64,000 nt of DNA. It comes from Paraspadella gotoi (lineage: Eukaryota; Animalia; Chaetognatha). Positions within the stretch are counted from its first letter, which is position 1. Each line of letters opens with the position of its first letter. The stretch spans positions 8,348,268-8,412,267 of the forward strand of contig CM119264.1 of assembly GCA_051294375.1 (NCBI GenBank). The letters run 5' to 3'. The notes below the pieces were generated by a model, which was not told the origin of the DNA, did not search any database, and saw only the letters and a list, made by a program, of their open reading frames with translations. A program made the translations under genes and the position numbers. Below are positions 21,840-35,260 of the stretch, in pieces.

Positions 21840-24800
21840 ATTTCTCTCTCAGGCCGTGCCCTTGCCAACCGCGACCAATCTGCAGATGCTGTCGTTGTCA
21901 GAGGACGAGGGAAGACGAGGAAGAATTCGCGGCGGCGCCGAAAAGGTCGAGGGCGAAAGTGACGACGACGACGACGGGCACGACGCCCGCGCCGATGACG
22001 ACGACGACGGGAACGACGACGGCGCCGGCGACGGCGACGACCGGAACGACGATGACGCCGGCGACGACAACGCAAGGAACGACGACGCATCCGGGCCAAC
22101 CGGAACGCGAGTTGGAGCCGGCTCCGGCGACGCCGCTGCATCCATCCCAGCCGGATCAGAGGCCGGGCCCCAGAGGGGAACAGATGCAGAGACCGGCGAC
22201 GCGAGAGGCGGATAGGCCTCCAGTTGTTGGAATCGAGGTGACACGGCCGTCGCAGGGCTTCGTCGAGAGAAGGAGGTCTGCTGGCGGTGAGTTTCATGCT
22301 AAATTTATTAATTTTAATTTAATTTAATTTAATTTTAGTATCTCTTTCTATTTATTCTTTCATTTATATGTACTTATTCGTTTATTTATTTATTTTAAGC
22401 CGTCTTTTAATCAACTTATTTAAACGCATTTGTAGTGCGAAGCTAACATAACGTTTTCTCCGATTAAGATCTTTATTTTTTCAGCAGGTGATGGCGCCAG
22501 ACATGTTCCTCAAAGTCAAACAGCCCGTCCGGGAGCGACAGAGGACTCTTCTTTCGTTGGGCGTGACGACAGGCAGGGCGGGGTCGTGGCGCCGCGTGGA
22601 GAAGGGGCGCCTTCGCATCCCCGCGCCGATCGCGGTTCAGAGCGATCGGCGCCGGAATCCGCCGCCAGTCCCTTTGCTCCGGAATGGAGCGCGGAACCGG
22701 GGCACGGTCGACAAGTGGAACGAAAACATAGTAGCAAATTAGAGCGGGGTCGCGGCTCATTGACGGAGCAGGAATCAGGTAGAATGATGGAGCCGTCTTA
22801 TGGTGGAATGGCGGAGCAAAGGGAAGGTGCCATGTCGGATCGAAGGCATGAGGCGATGATGGAACGAGGAGAGCAAAGAGATTTGTGGCAAAAATCAAGT
22901 CCGGAACAAATTTATGAAGGATCGGCGGAGCGAAGAGACCATGAACCTTCGGATTGGAGGCATGCCTCCGCACTGGAACAAAGACAAAGTCGAGGAGCTG
23001 TCTGGCAGCCATCTACGGGAGTTGTGCAAGCCGAGGGAACCGCAACAATGGAGCCAAGGGCTCATCGCACTGGGTCGCTAGAGCATAGACGGTCCAGAGA
23101 GGAATACGGACGGGCTAGAGAGGAGCATGGACGTACTGGAGAGGAGCACGGACTGGCTGGGGAGAAGCACGGACGTGCTGGAGAGGAGCATGGTCGGGCT
23201 GGAGAGGAGCACAGATGGGATGGAGAGGAGTACAGACGGGCTGGAGATGAGCACAGACGGGCTGGAGAGGAGCACGGACGGGCTGGAGAGGAGCACGGAC
23301 GGGCTGGGGAGAAGTATGGACGTGCTGGAGAGGAGCACGGACGTGCTGGAGAGGAGCACGGATGGGCTGGGGAGAAGCATGGACGTACTGGAGAGGACCA
23401 CGGACGTGCTGGAGAGGAGCATGGTCGGGCTGGAGAGGAGCACAGACGGGATAGAGAGCAGTACAGACGGGCTGGAGAGGAGCACGGACGGGCTGGAGAG
23501 GACCATGGACGGGCCAGAGAGGAGTACGGACGGGAGGGAGAGGATGGGCATGGGCATGGGCTTCGAGGCGCAAGGTCCAAACGTTCATCAATGTTGGAGC
23601 GAGTGAAGAGTTTGGAAGAGCAGATGCAGGAGGGAATGACTGAAGAAGAATTGATCCACAAACACAGCGGCGAAGTTCTTGCGCAAAAACTATCGGACAT
23701 CTCAGCGAGAAAAACCTCGTCGTCCTTCCAGGGTAAAGACTAAAGAGAGTAAAGAGTTGGGGAGGGTAAAGACTAAAGACTAAAGAGGGTGGAAAATTTA
23801 TATTCTTTGATTCTAGGTGTACACTGTACACTGTACAGTGTACACAGTCCTGTGCAAAAAAAACGAGGACACCCAAAACATTATGAAAATAAATCAAGTT
23901 AGATTCCTTTAAAATGAAAAATATTATAAGTGAATAATATTTATGGAAAATGGAATTATTGGTATAAATTTGGTTAATCCATGGCTATCCGTTATGAAGC
24001 AATGATTTTTTAAAAGTAATTACTCAGTTACCACTAAATACTCAAACAGAATATTAGAGCAAAACAAATTTAAATATTTTTAACCACTTGTGCTGGAGGT
24101 CTGGAATGACTGGACCAATTTTTTTAACAGTTACACATGATTTCCTCTTTTAAATTTAAAAGTCCTTATTTCCCATTCATAATTTTTAAAAAAAATAAAT
24201 AATAAATAAATAAAAAAATATAAATAAAAGGCCCATAAATTAAGGCTTAAAGTATCTTCGGTTTTTGGCAGGTCTTCAAAAATAATTTTTTTGAAGCGAC
24301 TCAAATGATGAATTTAGTTGCGCCGCGAGTACTCGCGGAGCATCTCTGTAAGACCATTGGGTGTCAGTCGGTTGGTTTGCCGGTATGTCTGTCCGTCACA
24401 TGACTAAAAATTCAATGTTGTCAACCGCCCCCCCCCGACGACTCCAGGCGGTGCTGGCGGCCATGGCGGCCATGGCGGCCCCGGCGGGGGGGAGAGCGAA
24501 ATGAAAGGAGCGAGTGAGAAAGGCAGGGGTGGTCATTTTGGAGAAACGGGCGCCGGCGGCGGCGGCGGAGGGGGCCGTGGGGGCGTGGAAGAGAAAAACT
24601 TCCAGTGACATACAAGCTGCTGGCCAGAAAAGTGGGGATGGCCATTTTGAGGTGGTGGCGGCGGTGCGGCGGTTGTTGGGTGGCGGCGGTGGAGGCGGTG
24701 GCGGCGGTGGCGGCCGGTGGCGGCGGAGGCGGCCGAGGGGGGAGGCGGCGGAGGCGGGCACTGGAGAGATGATCATGGTCACAGAGGAAGTGATCAAAGT

Positions 24801-25619
24801 AGCAGAGGAAGTAGCGGAGGAAGTAGAAGAGGAAGTGGGGGAGGAAGTAGAAGAGGAAGTGGGGGAGGAGTAGAAGAGGAAGTGGGGGAGGGAGGAAGAG
24901 GAGGTGGGGGAGGAGGAGAGGAAGTGGGGAAGGAAGGAGAGAAAGTGGGGAAGGGAGGAGAGGAAGTGGGAAAGGAAGGAAGAGAATTGGGAAGGAGGAG
25001 AGGAAGTGGGAAGGAAGGAGAGGAAGTGATGAAGGAAGGAGAGGAAGTGGGGAAGGAAAGAGAAGAAGTGGAAGAGGGAGAGAGAAGTGGGGAAAGGGGA
25101 GAGGAAGAGAAAGTGGAGGAAGTAGTAGAGTAAGTGGAAGCATGGGAGGAAGCAGGGGAGGAAGTATGAGAGGAAGTGAAGGAGGAAGCTTAGGAGGAGG
25201 CAGGGGAGGGGCCGTGGAGACGCGAGAGAAGATACCCGGGAGGGAAGAGGGAGAAGAGCAAGGGGAGGAGGAGGTCAGGGAAGAAGTGACAGAGGAGGAG
25301 GAGATGTAAAGCAGAGGGAAAGCCCCGAGGGAAGTTATCGAGGAAGCGATCGAGGAAGCGTTCGAGGAGGCCATGGAGGAGGCCATGGAGGAGGCCATGG
25401 AGAAGATCATGAAGAAGAGAGATAATGTCTCGCCTTAACATTTTTGATCTCGTAAAAACCGTAGAGCCACATATTTTAAAACTAAATATCACTTACGTAA
25501 GTTCTTTGAATTGCTAATGATACAAGTACAAATATTAAATATTTAATATTTGTAATATTTGTAATCTATGTAAATCAAATTCTATCTATCTACTATCTAT
25601 CTATCTATCTATCTATCTA

Positions 25620-25660
<41 letters not shown>

Positions 25661-28600
25661 ATCTATCTATCTTTATTTCTCTCTCAGGCCGTGCCCTTGC
25701 CAACCGCGACAATCTGCAGATGCTGTCGTTGTCAGAGACGAGGGAAGACGAGGAAGAATTCGCGCGGCGCCGAAAAGGTCGAGGGCGAAAGTGACGACGA
25801 CGACGACGGCACGACGCCCGCGCCGATGACGACGACGACGGGAACGACGACGGCGCCGGCGACGGCGACGACCGGAACGACGATGACGCCGGCGACGACA
25901 ACGCAAGAACGACGACGCATCCGGGCCAACCGGAACGCGAGTTGGAGCCGGCTCCGGCGACGCCGTGCATCCATCCCAGCCGGATCAAGAGGCCGGGCCC
26001 CAGAGGGAACAGATGCAGAGACCGGCGACGCGAGAGCGGGATAGGCCTCCAGTTGTTGGAATCGAGGTGACACGGCCGTGCAGGGCTTCGTCGAGAGAAG
26101 GAGGTCTGCTGGCGGTGAGTTTCATGCTAAATTTATTAATTTTAGTATCTCTTTCTATTATTCTTTCATTTATATGTACTTATTCGTTATTTTATTTATT
26201 TTAAAGCCGTCTTTTAATCAACTTATTTAAACGCATTTGTAGTGCGAAGCTAACATAAACGTTTCCTCCGATTAAGATCTTTATTTTTCAGCAGGTGATG
26301 GCGCCAGACATGTTCCTCAAAGTCAAACAGCCCGTCCGGGAGCGACAGGAGGACTCTTCTTTCGTTGGGCGTGACGACAGGCAGGGCGGGGCGTGGCGCC
26401 GCGTGGAGAAGGGGCGCCTTCGCATCCGCCCGCGCCGATCGCGGTTTCAGAGCGATCGGCGCCGGAATCCGCCGCCAGTCTTTGCTCCGGAATGGAGCGC
26501 GGAACCGGGGCACGGTCGACAAGTGGAACGAAAACATAGTAGCAAAATTAGAGCGGGTCGCGGCTCATTGACGGAGCAGGAATCAGGTAGAATGATGGAG
26601 CCGTCTTATGGTGGAATGGCGGAGCAAAGGGAAGGTGCCATGTCGGATCGAAGGCATGAGGCGATGATGGAACGAGGAGAGACAAAGAGATTTGTGGCAA
26701 AAATCAAGTCCGGAAAAATTTATGAAGGATCGGCGGAGCGAAGAGACCATGAACCTTCGGATTGGAGGCATGCCTCCGCACTGGAACAAAGACAAAGTCG
26801 AAGAGCTGTCTGGCAGCCATCTACGGGAGTTGTGCAAGCGAGGGAACCGCAACAATGGAGCCAAGGGCTCATCGCACTGGGTCGCATAGAGCATAGCACG
26901 GTCCGAGAGGAAATACGGCGGGCTAGAGAGGAGCATGGACGTACTGGAGAGGAGCAACGGACTGCTGGGGAGAAGCACGGACGTGCTGGAGAGGAGCATG
27001 GTCGGGCTGGGAGAGAGCACAGATGGGATGGAGAGGAGTACAGACGGGCTGGAGATGAGCAGACGGGCTGGAGGAGCACGGACGGGCTGGAGAGGAGCAC
27101 GGACGGGCTGGGAGAAGTATGGACGTGCTGGAGAGGAGCACGGACGTGCTGGAGAGGAGCACGATGGGCTGGGGAGAAGCATGGACGTACTGGAGAGGAC
27201 CACGGACGTGCTGGAGAGGAGCATTGGTCGGGCTGGAGAGGAGCACAGACGGGATAGAGAGAAGTAACAGACGGGCTGGAGAGAAGCACGGACGGCTGGA
27301 GAGGACAATGGACGGGCCAGAGAGGAGTACGGACGGAGAGGGAGAGGATGGGCATGGGCATGGGCTTCGAGGCGCAAGGTCCAAACGTTCATCAATGTTG
27401 GAGCGAGTGAAGAGTTTGGAAGAGCAGATGCAGGAGGAATGACTGAAGAAGAAAATTGATCCACAAACACAGCGGCGAAGTTCTTGCTGCGCAAAACTAT
27501 CGGACATCTCAGCGAGAAAAACCTCGTCGTCCTTCCAGGGTAAAGACTAAAGAGAGTAAAAGAGTTGGGGAGGGTAAAGACTAAAGACTAAAGAGGGTGG
27601 AAAATTTATATTCTTTGATTCTAGGTGTACACTGTACACTGTACAGTGTACACAGTCCTGTGCAAAAAAACGAGGACACCCAAAACATTATGAAAATAAA
27701 ATCAAGTTAGATTCCTTTAAAATGAAAAATATTATAAGTGAATAATATTTATGAAATGGAATTATTTGGGTATAAATTTGGTTAATCCATGGCTATCCGT
27801 TATGAAGCAATGATTTTTTAAAAGTAATTACTCAGTTACCACTAAATACTCAAACAGAATATTAGAGCAAACAAATTTAAATATTTTTAACCACTTGTGC
27901 TGGAGGTCTGGAATGACTGGACACATTTTTTTTAACAAGTTACACCATGATTTCCTCTTTTAAATTTAAAAGTCCTTATTTCCCATTCATAATTTAAAAA
28001 AAAAATAATAAATAAATAAAAAAATATAAATAAAAGGCCCATAAATTAAGGCTTAAAGTATCTTCGGTTTTTGGCAGGTCTTCAAAAATAATTTTTTGAA
28101 AGCGACTCAAATGATGAATTTAGTTGCGGCGCGAGTACTCGCGGAGCATCTCTGTAAGACCATTTGGGTGTCAGTCGGTTGGTTTGCCGGTATGTCTGTC
28201 CGTCACATGACTAAAAATTCAATGTTGTCAACCGCCCCCCCCCGACGACTCCAGGCGGTGCTGGCGGCCATGGCGGCCATGGCGGCCCCGGCGGGGGGGA
28301 GAGCGAAATGAAAGGAGCGAGTGAGAAAGGCAGGGGTGGTCATTTTGGAGAAACGGGCGCCGCGGCGGCGGCGGAGGGGGCCGTGGGGGCGTGGAGAGAA
28401 AAACTTCCAGTGACATACAAGCTGCTGGCCAGAAAAAGTGGGATGGCCATTTTGAGGTGGTGGCGGCGGTGCGGCGGTTGTTGGGTGGCGGCGGTGGAGG
28501 CGGTGGCGGCGGTGGCGGCCGGTGGCGGCGGAGGCGGCGGGGGGGAGGCGGCGGAGGCGGGCACTGGAGAGATGATCATGGTCACAGAGGAAGTGATCAA

Positions 28601-31600
28601 AGTAGCAGAGGAAGTAGCGGAGGAAGTAGAAGAGGAAGTGGGGGAGGAAGTAGAAGAGGAAGTGGGGGAGGAGTAGAAGAGGAAGTGGGGGAGGGAGGAA
28701 GAGGAGGTGGGGAGGAGGAGAGAAGTGGGGAAGGAAGGAGAGAAAGTGGGGAAGGGAGGAGAGGAAGTGGGAAAGGAAGGAAGAGAATTGGGAAGGAGGA
28801 GAGGAAGTGGGAAGGAAGGAGAGGAAGTGATGAAGGAAGGAGAGGAAGTGGGGAAGGAAAGAGAAGAAGTGGAAGAGGGAGGAGAGAAGTGGGGAAAGGG
28901 GGAGAGGAAGAGAAAGTGGAGGAAGTAGTAGAGTAAGTGGAAGCATGGGAGGAAGCAGGGGAGGAAGTATGAGAGGAAGTGAAGGAGGAAGCTTAGGAGG
29001 AGGCAGGGGAGGGGCCGTGGAGACGCGAGAGAAGATACCCGGGAGGGAAGAGAGGGAGAAGAGCAAGGGGGAGGAGGAGGTCAGGGAAGAAGTGACAGAG
29101 GAGGAGGAGATGTAAAGCAGAGGGAAAGCCCCGAGGGAAGTTATCGAGGAAGCGATCGAGGAAGCGTTCGAGGAGGCATGGAGGAGGCCATGGAGGAGGC
29201 CATGGAGAAGATCATGGAGGAGGTCAAATGGAGGAGGCCATGGAGAAGATCATGGAGGAGGTCATGGAGGAGGCCATGGAGGAGGCCATGGAGAAGATCA
29301 TGGAGGAGGCCACGGAAGGAGACCATGGAGGAGGCCATGGAGGTGGCCATGGAGGAGCCATGGAGTAAGGGAACACGGAAAGAGCCCATAGAGGAGAAAC
29401 ATGGAGAAGGCCATGGANNNNNNNNNNNNNNNNNNNNNNNNNGAGGAGGCCATGGAGAAGGCCATGGAGGGAGAAGTAGCGAAAGCTCTGAGAGAAGCTT
29501 CGGTAGGGGAGGAGGAAGCGTCAGGGGAAGTGAAAGAAGTAGTGACGGTTCGAGTTCCAGAAGTATTGGAGTAAGCCACGGGGGAAGCCACGGAGGAGGC
29601 CATGGAGGAGGCCATGGAGGAGGCCATGGAGGAGGCCATGGAGAGGGAAGCTATGCGGGAAGCTTTGAAAGAAGCGTCGGCGGAAGCGAAGAAAGCTTCG
29701 TCGACCGAGGAGGAGGAAGGAAAGCTCAGAAGGGAGGAGAAAGGAGGACGAGGGGAAGGGGAGGAAGAGGACGAGGAAGAGAAGAAGGTGACGGGGGAGT
29801 AACTAGTCCAGGAGAAAGGGGAGGCAGCGTTGAAGAAGAGTGGGAAGAAACGGAAGAAAGAGAGACTGGAGAACGTTTTGGTAGAGGAAGGCAGAGAGGA
29901 ACAAAATTTAGGCAAGGGCAAAGGTTAGTTAAAGAAGACAAAATGCTATATATACATATATATATTTATAATTAATATTTATATATGATATCTATCTCTA
30001 CCATCTTCTAATTCTCTATTTCTTTGTCGTTTTTCTCGACTCAGAGTTCGCACGAAGGAGTCGGAACGGGATTCCTCCGATGGTAAGATGTCATCTATTA
30101 CGATAGTAATTCGTTTTATCAGAAAAATATATTTTAAAGACTAAATTTTGCCGTTGTAAGACCAACTAAACTAACTACTAAGTTAGATTTGTAAATATTA
30201 CCCACGATTACGATGTACATTTTAAACCCAATGCGAAACGAGATGAAGCGAGGTAATTGGCCGTCTTGAAAACCCAAGGGCCTCGCACATTATATCTCGA
30301 TGTTCAGTTGTCCGGTAAACGTTTTTTTTTTCTTCATTTCCTCGATAGATGTCGCTTATGCTTCTTTTTCCTTTTCTTTATTTCAGAATCGGAGGAGGAG
30401 CGACCGAGATCCATCAGGAGACCCCGACGACAAACGAAGGGAAGGAAGGGAACGGACGCCATCTCTTGGCAGGGAAGTTTGGGGGAGGAGGAGGAGGAGG
30501 AAGGGGAGGAAATAGAGGGGGAACAGTATTGGAGCGAGAGGTCATCATCCGAGGGGTCGGAGGAAAGAGAAGAAGGGGAGGAAGAGAGCGATCGGTGGGA
30601 GACGAGAAGCAAAGAAGAAACGGGGAGGAAGATGAAGGAAATGAAAAAGACGATAGTGCAGAGGACCACGACGGGATGGAAGGGAGAAACCCGGTCGGTG
30701 GAGGAAGAAGAGGATGAAGACGAAGACGACGAAGACGTCGAGATAAAGAGACCTCCCAAAAGGAAACCAAGTCGGTCGATCTAATTGTTGACCGATTGAG
30801 TGATTTATTTGTTAATGTTTTTGTCACGAATCTTCAAATATTAATATCTTTTTTTGCGAAATCCGCGAAAGGGATGGAGGAAACGACGGAGGAAGAAACG
30901 GAAGAAGAGGAAGAGACGGAAGAAGAGGAAGAGACGGAAGAAGAGACTGGAAGAGTGACGAAGAGGAAGGAGAATCGGAGGCAGAATTGGAAGGAGACAT
31001 GGAAAGAAGAGAAAGGAGGCGAAGTCTCGGAAGGGAACGTGGAGAAGTTTCTTCCGTGCGGAGAGAAGGTCAAACACGTGATCGGGGAGAGATGGTTCGA
31101 GGGTCGCCAATTATGAGGGACAATATGATTTCTCTCTCTCTCTCTCTCTCTCTCTGTCACATTCTCGATCAGAGTCTGTGTCTGATTTTCCCAATTTCAC
31201 ACAAACCATTAGCGAATTTTGATTACATAGCACCTTTGCAATATCATTAAATTTATTAAATATAAATTTATCGATACCGAAGGGATTCTCCCACGCCTTC
31301 CAAGTGCTCGTCCTCGTGGTGCTCATCCTCACTTGCTTCCTCACCACGGGTCTCTCTCTCCGTTGTCTGTGGACGACGTTTTTCTCGACACCGGAAGAGG
31401 CAGCCACGCCTCTCCAGATGGCGGTGAGTCGTTAGGACCTTTTAATTACATCCGGGCTCTTGGTTTAAAACGACGTCACCTTTCGGATTAACGCGAATCT
31501 TTGTCTTCTACCAACCAGGTGGAGGAGGTGTTGTGGAGACAATACCTGACGAACATCTCGAAGGTCTTCATCAAGGCCGCCCGGCGGTTGAGGCCGGCCG

Positions 31601-31704
31601 CTTGTGCTCTGTGGACGGATGCGACGCGACTGGTACCCAATTTGGCCGCTAGAGGAAGTCGATGGCTTATCGACGGGCTGAAGGAGCTGAGGGGAAGATG
31701 CTGA
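19773..31704 (+). CDS. Giant modular low-complexity protein (~1,900 aa once the internal duplication is collapsed): GGHHGG[DE]H, KHGG, Cys/Gly, Thr-rich, GEEHGRA, Gly/Glu, GGGH and acidic blocks, possible C-terminal TM
   Basis: Phase-compatible exons ~19773-21302, 21853-22286, 22485-23732, 24448-(28256-29923), 30045-30082, 30387-30770, 30872-31068, 31283-31423 and 31519-31704. Several frameshifts fall in repeats, some donors are weak, and the start exon was not identified. Confidence 0.65.
21752..21836. repeat. (TCTA)n intronic microsatellite (copy at ~25580-25672)
   Basis: Directly visible. Confidence 0.95.
24313..24400 (-). mobile_element. End of a HINE/DINE-1-like (Helentron-associated) repeat; duplicate copy at ~28119-28207
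   Basis: TTTAGTTGCG + palindrome CCGCGAGTACTCGCGG + GTCG/GTCY-type repeats. The same arrangement occurs inverted at 56735-56846. Confidence 0.5.
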
Positions 31705-32571
31705 ATGAAGGAGGAGAGGGGGAGGGGGGTTAAATGGGGGGAAAAAAGGGTTTGGATGAATGAATAAATGAATAAAAGGTTTGATTGAACAACTTCACAG
31801 AGTGAAAAGGTGGTGGACAAGCCTGTCAAAACGACGTAAGAAAAAATCCAGAAAAGAAAATTATGAATAGCAATAACGTATATAGGATTTAAATATAGAC
31901 TGAAAACGAATAAACTGAAAGCTTTTGAGTGTAATTTTTGGCGAATATAAATACATAAGAAGAAATATAAATATTATATAAATAAAAAAAAAAACAACAA
32001 AAAAACAGTTTCCATCCATTTGTTGTATTTCGTATTTTAAATAGATCTCAAAACTGCTATTTTGTTTACTACTAGTTCTATTTGAGAGGAAAGAGGCGCT
32101 TCTTACCTTTCAGCCCCGATCGAACAAAAGATTTGTAATAAATCAAGAGTTTGAATTAACATTGTTTGAGACCAACAAATGTATTATTTTAATTTTTGGT
32201 TATACTTATAGCTACATATGCTTTGCCGACTCTACCAGTAAGAATAATCGACGCCCCAAAAAGGGTTACAATATAAATTAACAACAGTATTGTCCTTAAT
32301 TTTTCCCATGGCTTTTTCTCGTTGTCATAAAACAAAAGCGCATATTTAATTGCATTTTTTAATGAACATGTATTTTCTTAGTTTATTCAGTTATATTTTT
32401 TTTAAAACTCAGAAAAGTCTATCAACTAGAATGTGCCGTGGTATTTTTTTAAAAAATGAACCCCTATATTTATGCAATTTCTTTCCGTGCTTTTGCCGCA
32501 TTACTTTTTAATTCAGTTCCGAAAGGAAAAAAAAAGTTTTCATCCAGCAAAGAACTAATCTGTAGGCAAAT

Positions 32572-32615
<44 letters not shown>

Positions 32616-33068
32616 TTCGTACTCTCGTTCTCTTTTCCTCTCTCTCGCTCTCTCTTTCTCTCGCTCTCTCTTTCTCTCGCGCTCTCTCTCCCTCGTTGTG
32701 CTAAAAAAAGTTCGGAGAGGAAGGAAAGGTAAGAAGAATAAGAAATTGAAAAAAAAATAAAATAAAAGAAATGCAAAGAAAATTCAGGAGACGAAAAATA
32801 AAATCCGGAAAGAAAAGGGAATAAATCATGATAGAGAGTAAGAATAGCTATCCATTAAGAGCCAAAGAAGAAAAAGAAAAAAAACAAATTTTAAAACTTG
32901 AAAAAGAAAAAAGCACAATAGAGAATGAGAGAAGAGAAGGGGAGAAAAAGAGTCGGAACCCGAAATTCAAATGCGAACCGAAGGAAGAAGGAAATGATTG
33001 CGCACCTGATTTTTTCCGAGAAAATTTGCTGGCTGGGAAGCTTTTTTTTTGTTAGGAGGTTAATAACA

Positions 33069-33127
<59 letters not shown>

Positions 33128-33289
33128 ATTGAACATTGAACATTGATCTGAGTGGGGCTTTAGGCACTGAGTTAGGCCTTTAAAAGCGACTTAGATAAAT
33201 CTGATGCGAGTTTTTAAGATATTAAAAAAAAAAAAAAAATGTTTTAAACTGACTAAAACTGTAGAAGGTGAACGGTTTAAGTAATGAAG

Positions 33290-34451
33290 GCTACATTTGG
33301 ACATCTTATGAACATACTTGCTATCTCATTTGGATATTTAAGGTAAAGGACAAATATTATGAAATCTTTCCAATTTGCAATTTATGCAGACGTCTTTTCT
33401 TTCCAAATAATCCAACCCAGTAGTTTTTCTATTGGTGACATATTTGTACGAATAGTATTAATGGTAATACAATTTACAGTGTGGCAAACAAATGATTTTT
33501 TCTGAACAATACGTTTTAATCTATGTACAGCAAAATTTTTGATATAATCTGAAAGTGGTATTTGGCCTGCACTATCTAAGGTTGAATCGTTAGGGGTATG
33601 AATTGGGAGGTTTTGAAAGATTCGAATAGCTCTCAGCTGTAAACGGTCAAACTTAAGCCAATGATAAGCTCCAGCCGAAATTAAGCAAGGAGATGAATAT
33701 AAAAAAAGAGAAACAATAAGGCTTTGAAATAGCTGATAGACAAGTTTGTAGTTATCACCTGGTACAAACGTGATATTCTGTTAATGGCAAGTAATTTACA
33801 TTTTGCTTTTTTAAATAACTCATTAACATGGTTAGTCCATGTGAGGCGTTTGTCTATAATACATCCTAAAAATTTAATGCTATTACACATAGGAATTCTA
33901 CTACCAAAAAGAACAAATTAATTTCAAAATTAAAAAGATTAAAAGAACGAGTTATAAGGATAATTTGATTTTTCGGGACACAGATCCAAGAACCACATTA
34001 AACACATCTTTTCAAGTTTATGAAGAGTTCGTTGAAGAGCTTTTACAGCAAGGTGAGGATCTTTTGACGAAGCCCAGATGCTTGAATCGTCGGCGTATTG
34101 GGCAGCACTCTCAAAGACGTCAAGAGGGCTGCCCTCAAAAGCGGGTTGATTCAGTGGGATATTTGGGTCAGGTTCTTCATCTTGATCATCAATTTCAATT
34201 GGGAGGCTTGAAGACTCTGGGTTTAGAGGTATTGGACATGAGATTGGTAAGTCACCAACATAAAGGGCAAACAATTCCGGGGCTTAAAACTGCTCCTTGG
34301 GGTGAGCCACAGAGAATCAGGACTTCACGTGATTGTTTCACCTCTGTGTGATGACTTTGAAGCTTCGGTTGGTCAGAAAATGAATTTATTAAACGGATCA
34401 TGTCTTTGGAAATGCCACTTTTAATTAATTTGTAACGGAGACCGTCATGGG
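33290..34451 (-). mobile_element. Degenerate 5'-truncated non-LTR retrotransposon (LINE) reverse transcriptase fragment
   Basis: LRYKL..GIS, GSPQGAVLSPGLFALYVGDLP, QYADD and IKFLGCIIDKRLTWTNHV motifs across frameshifts. Confidence 0.9.
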
Positions 34452-34977
34452 AAGTCTACACAATTTTCCAATTATTTTGTCGGCCTTTGCCGTGAATGGT
34501 TGGAAGCATGACATGTCTGTTAAAACGTAACATTCAAACCGATCCATTCGTCAATTAAGATGCAAAAACCTTTTAGGTAAAAATTGTTTTTAGATCAATT
34601 GATCTATAAAATCAACAAAGCGATCGCCATCTCCATCCTGATCATCGTGGCTGCTGTAGTGTTCGACGTGAAGGAGCTGCTGAAAGACTTAAAACTGTCA
34701 CCGGGCAATGAATCACAGAGGCGTCGATTCACCGCGATTCAAGGGTTACTCGTAATTCTCGCAACAGCTGTCTCCAATCGTTAAGCACTTCTCGAACAAA
34801 AGGCTTTTTTTGAGTGCGAAGATCTCAGATGGGAGCGGATTTGCTTCTCCCTTCTCAACGGCCCTCACCCTCTGCACTCACCATCCGCTTTCTCTCTGTC
34901 CTCACTTTCTCACCTCCCCCTTCGCCCTTCCCCTCAAGCCTCACCAACCCACGAAAAGTGTCAGATCAAGGAAAAGT

Positions 34978-35074
<97 letters not shown>

Positions 35075-35152
35075 GCAGACTTTTTCATATTTTTCTGTTT
35101 TTTAATCTTAATCGTATTTCATTTTCTTTCAACTTAGACGATATGAGCCTCG

Positions 35153-35260
35153 CGATCGACGAAGACGACGACAAAAATAGTTTAAACTTCCAACCTCTTA
35201 GCGACTTCGATCGACGAAGACGACGACAAAATAGTTTAAACTTCCAACCTCTTAGCGACT
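35153..35260. repeat. Two-copy ~54-bp tandem repeat
   Basis: CGATCGACGAAGACGACGACAAAATAGTTTAAACTTCCAACCTCTTAGCGACT occurs twice. Confidence 0.85.

Larger units (their letters stand above)
21598..29216 (+). repeat. ~3.8-kb tandem duplication (21598-25411 / 25424-29216)
   Basis: Both copies start AATGTCTCGCCTTAACA and end GAGAAGATCATG. They differ mostly by 1-2-nt indels, with a 12-bp linker. Confidence 0.95.

Noticed and set aside
20065-30827. Many long antisense and alternate-frame ORFs over the repeat gene
   Set aside because: Shadows of stop-poor GC-rich repeats; splice signals support the + strand Gly/His frame.
34584-34784. Short hydrophobic ORF
   Set aside because: No linked exons or recognisable motif; cannot be supported.
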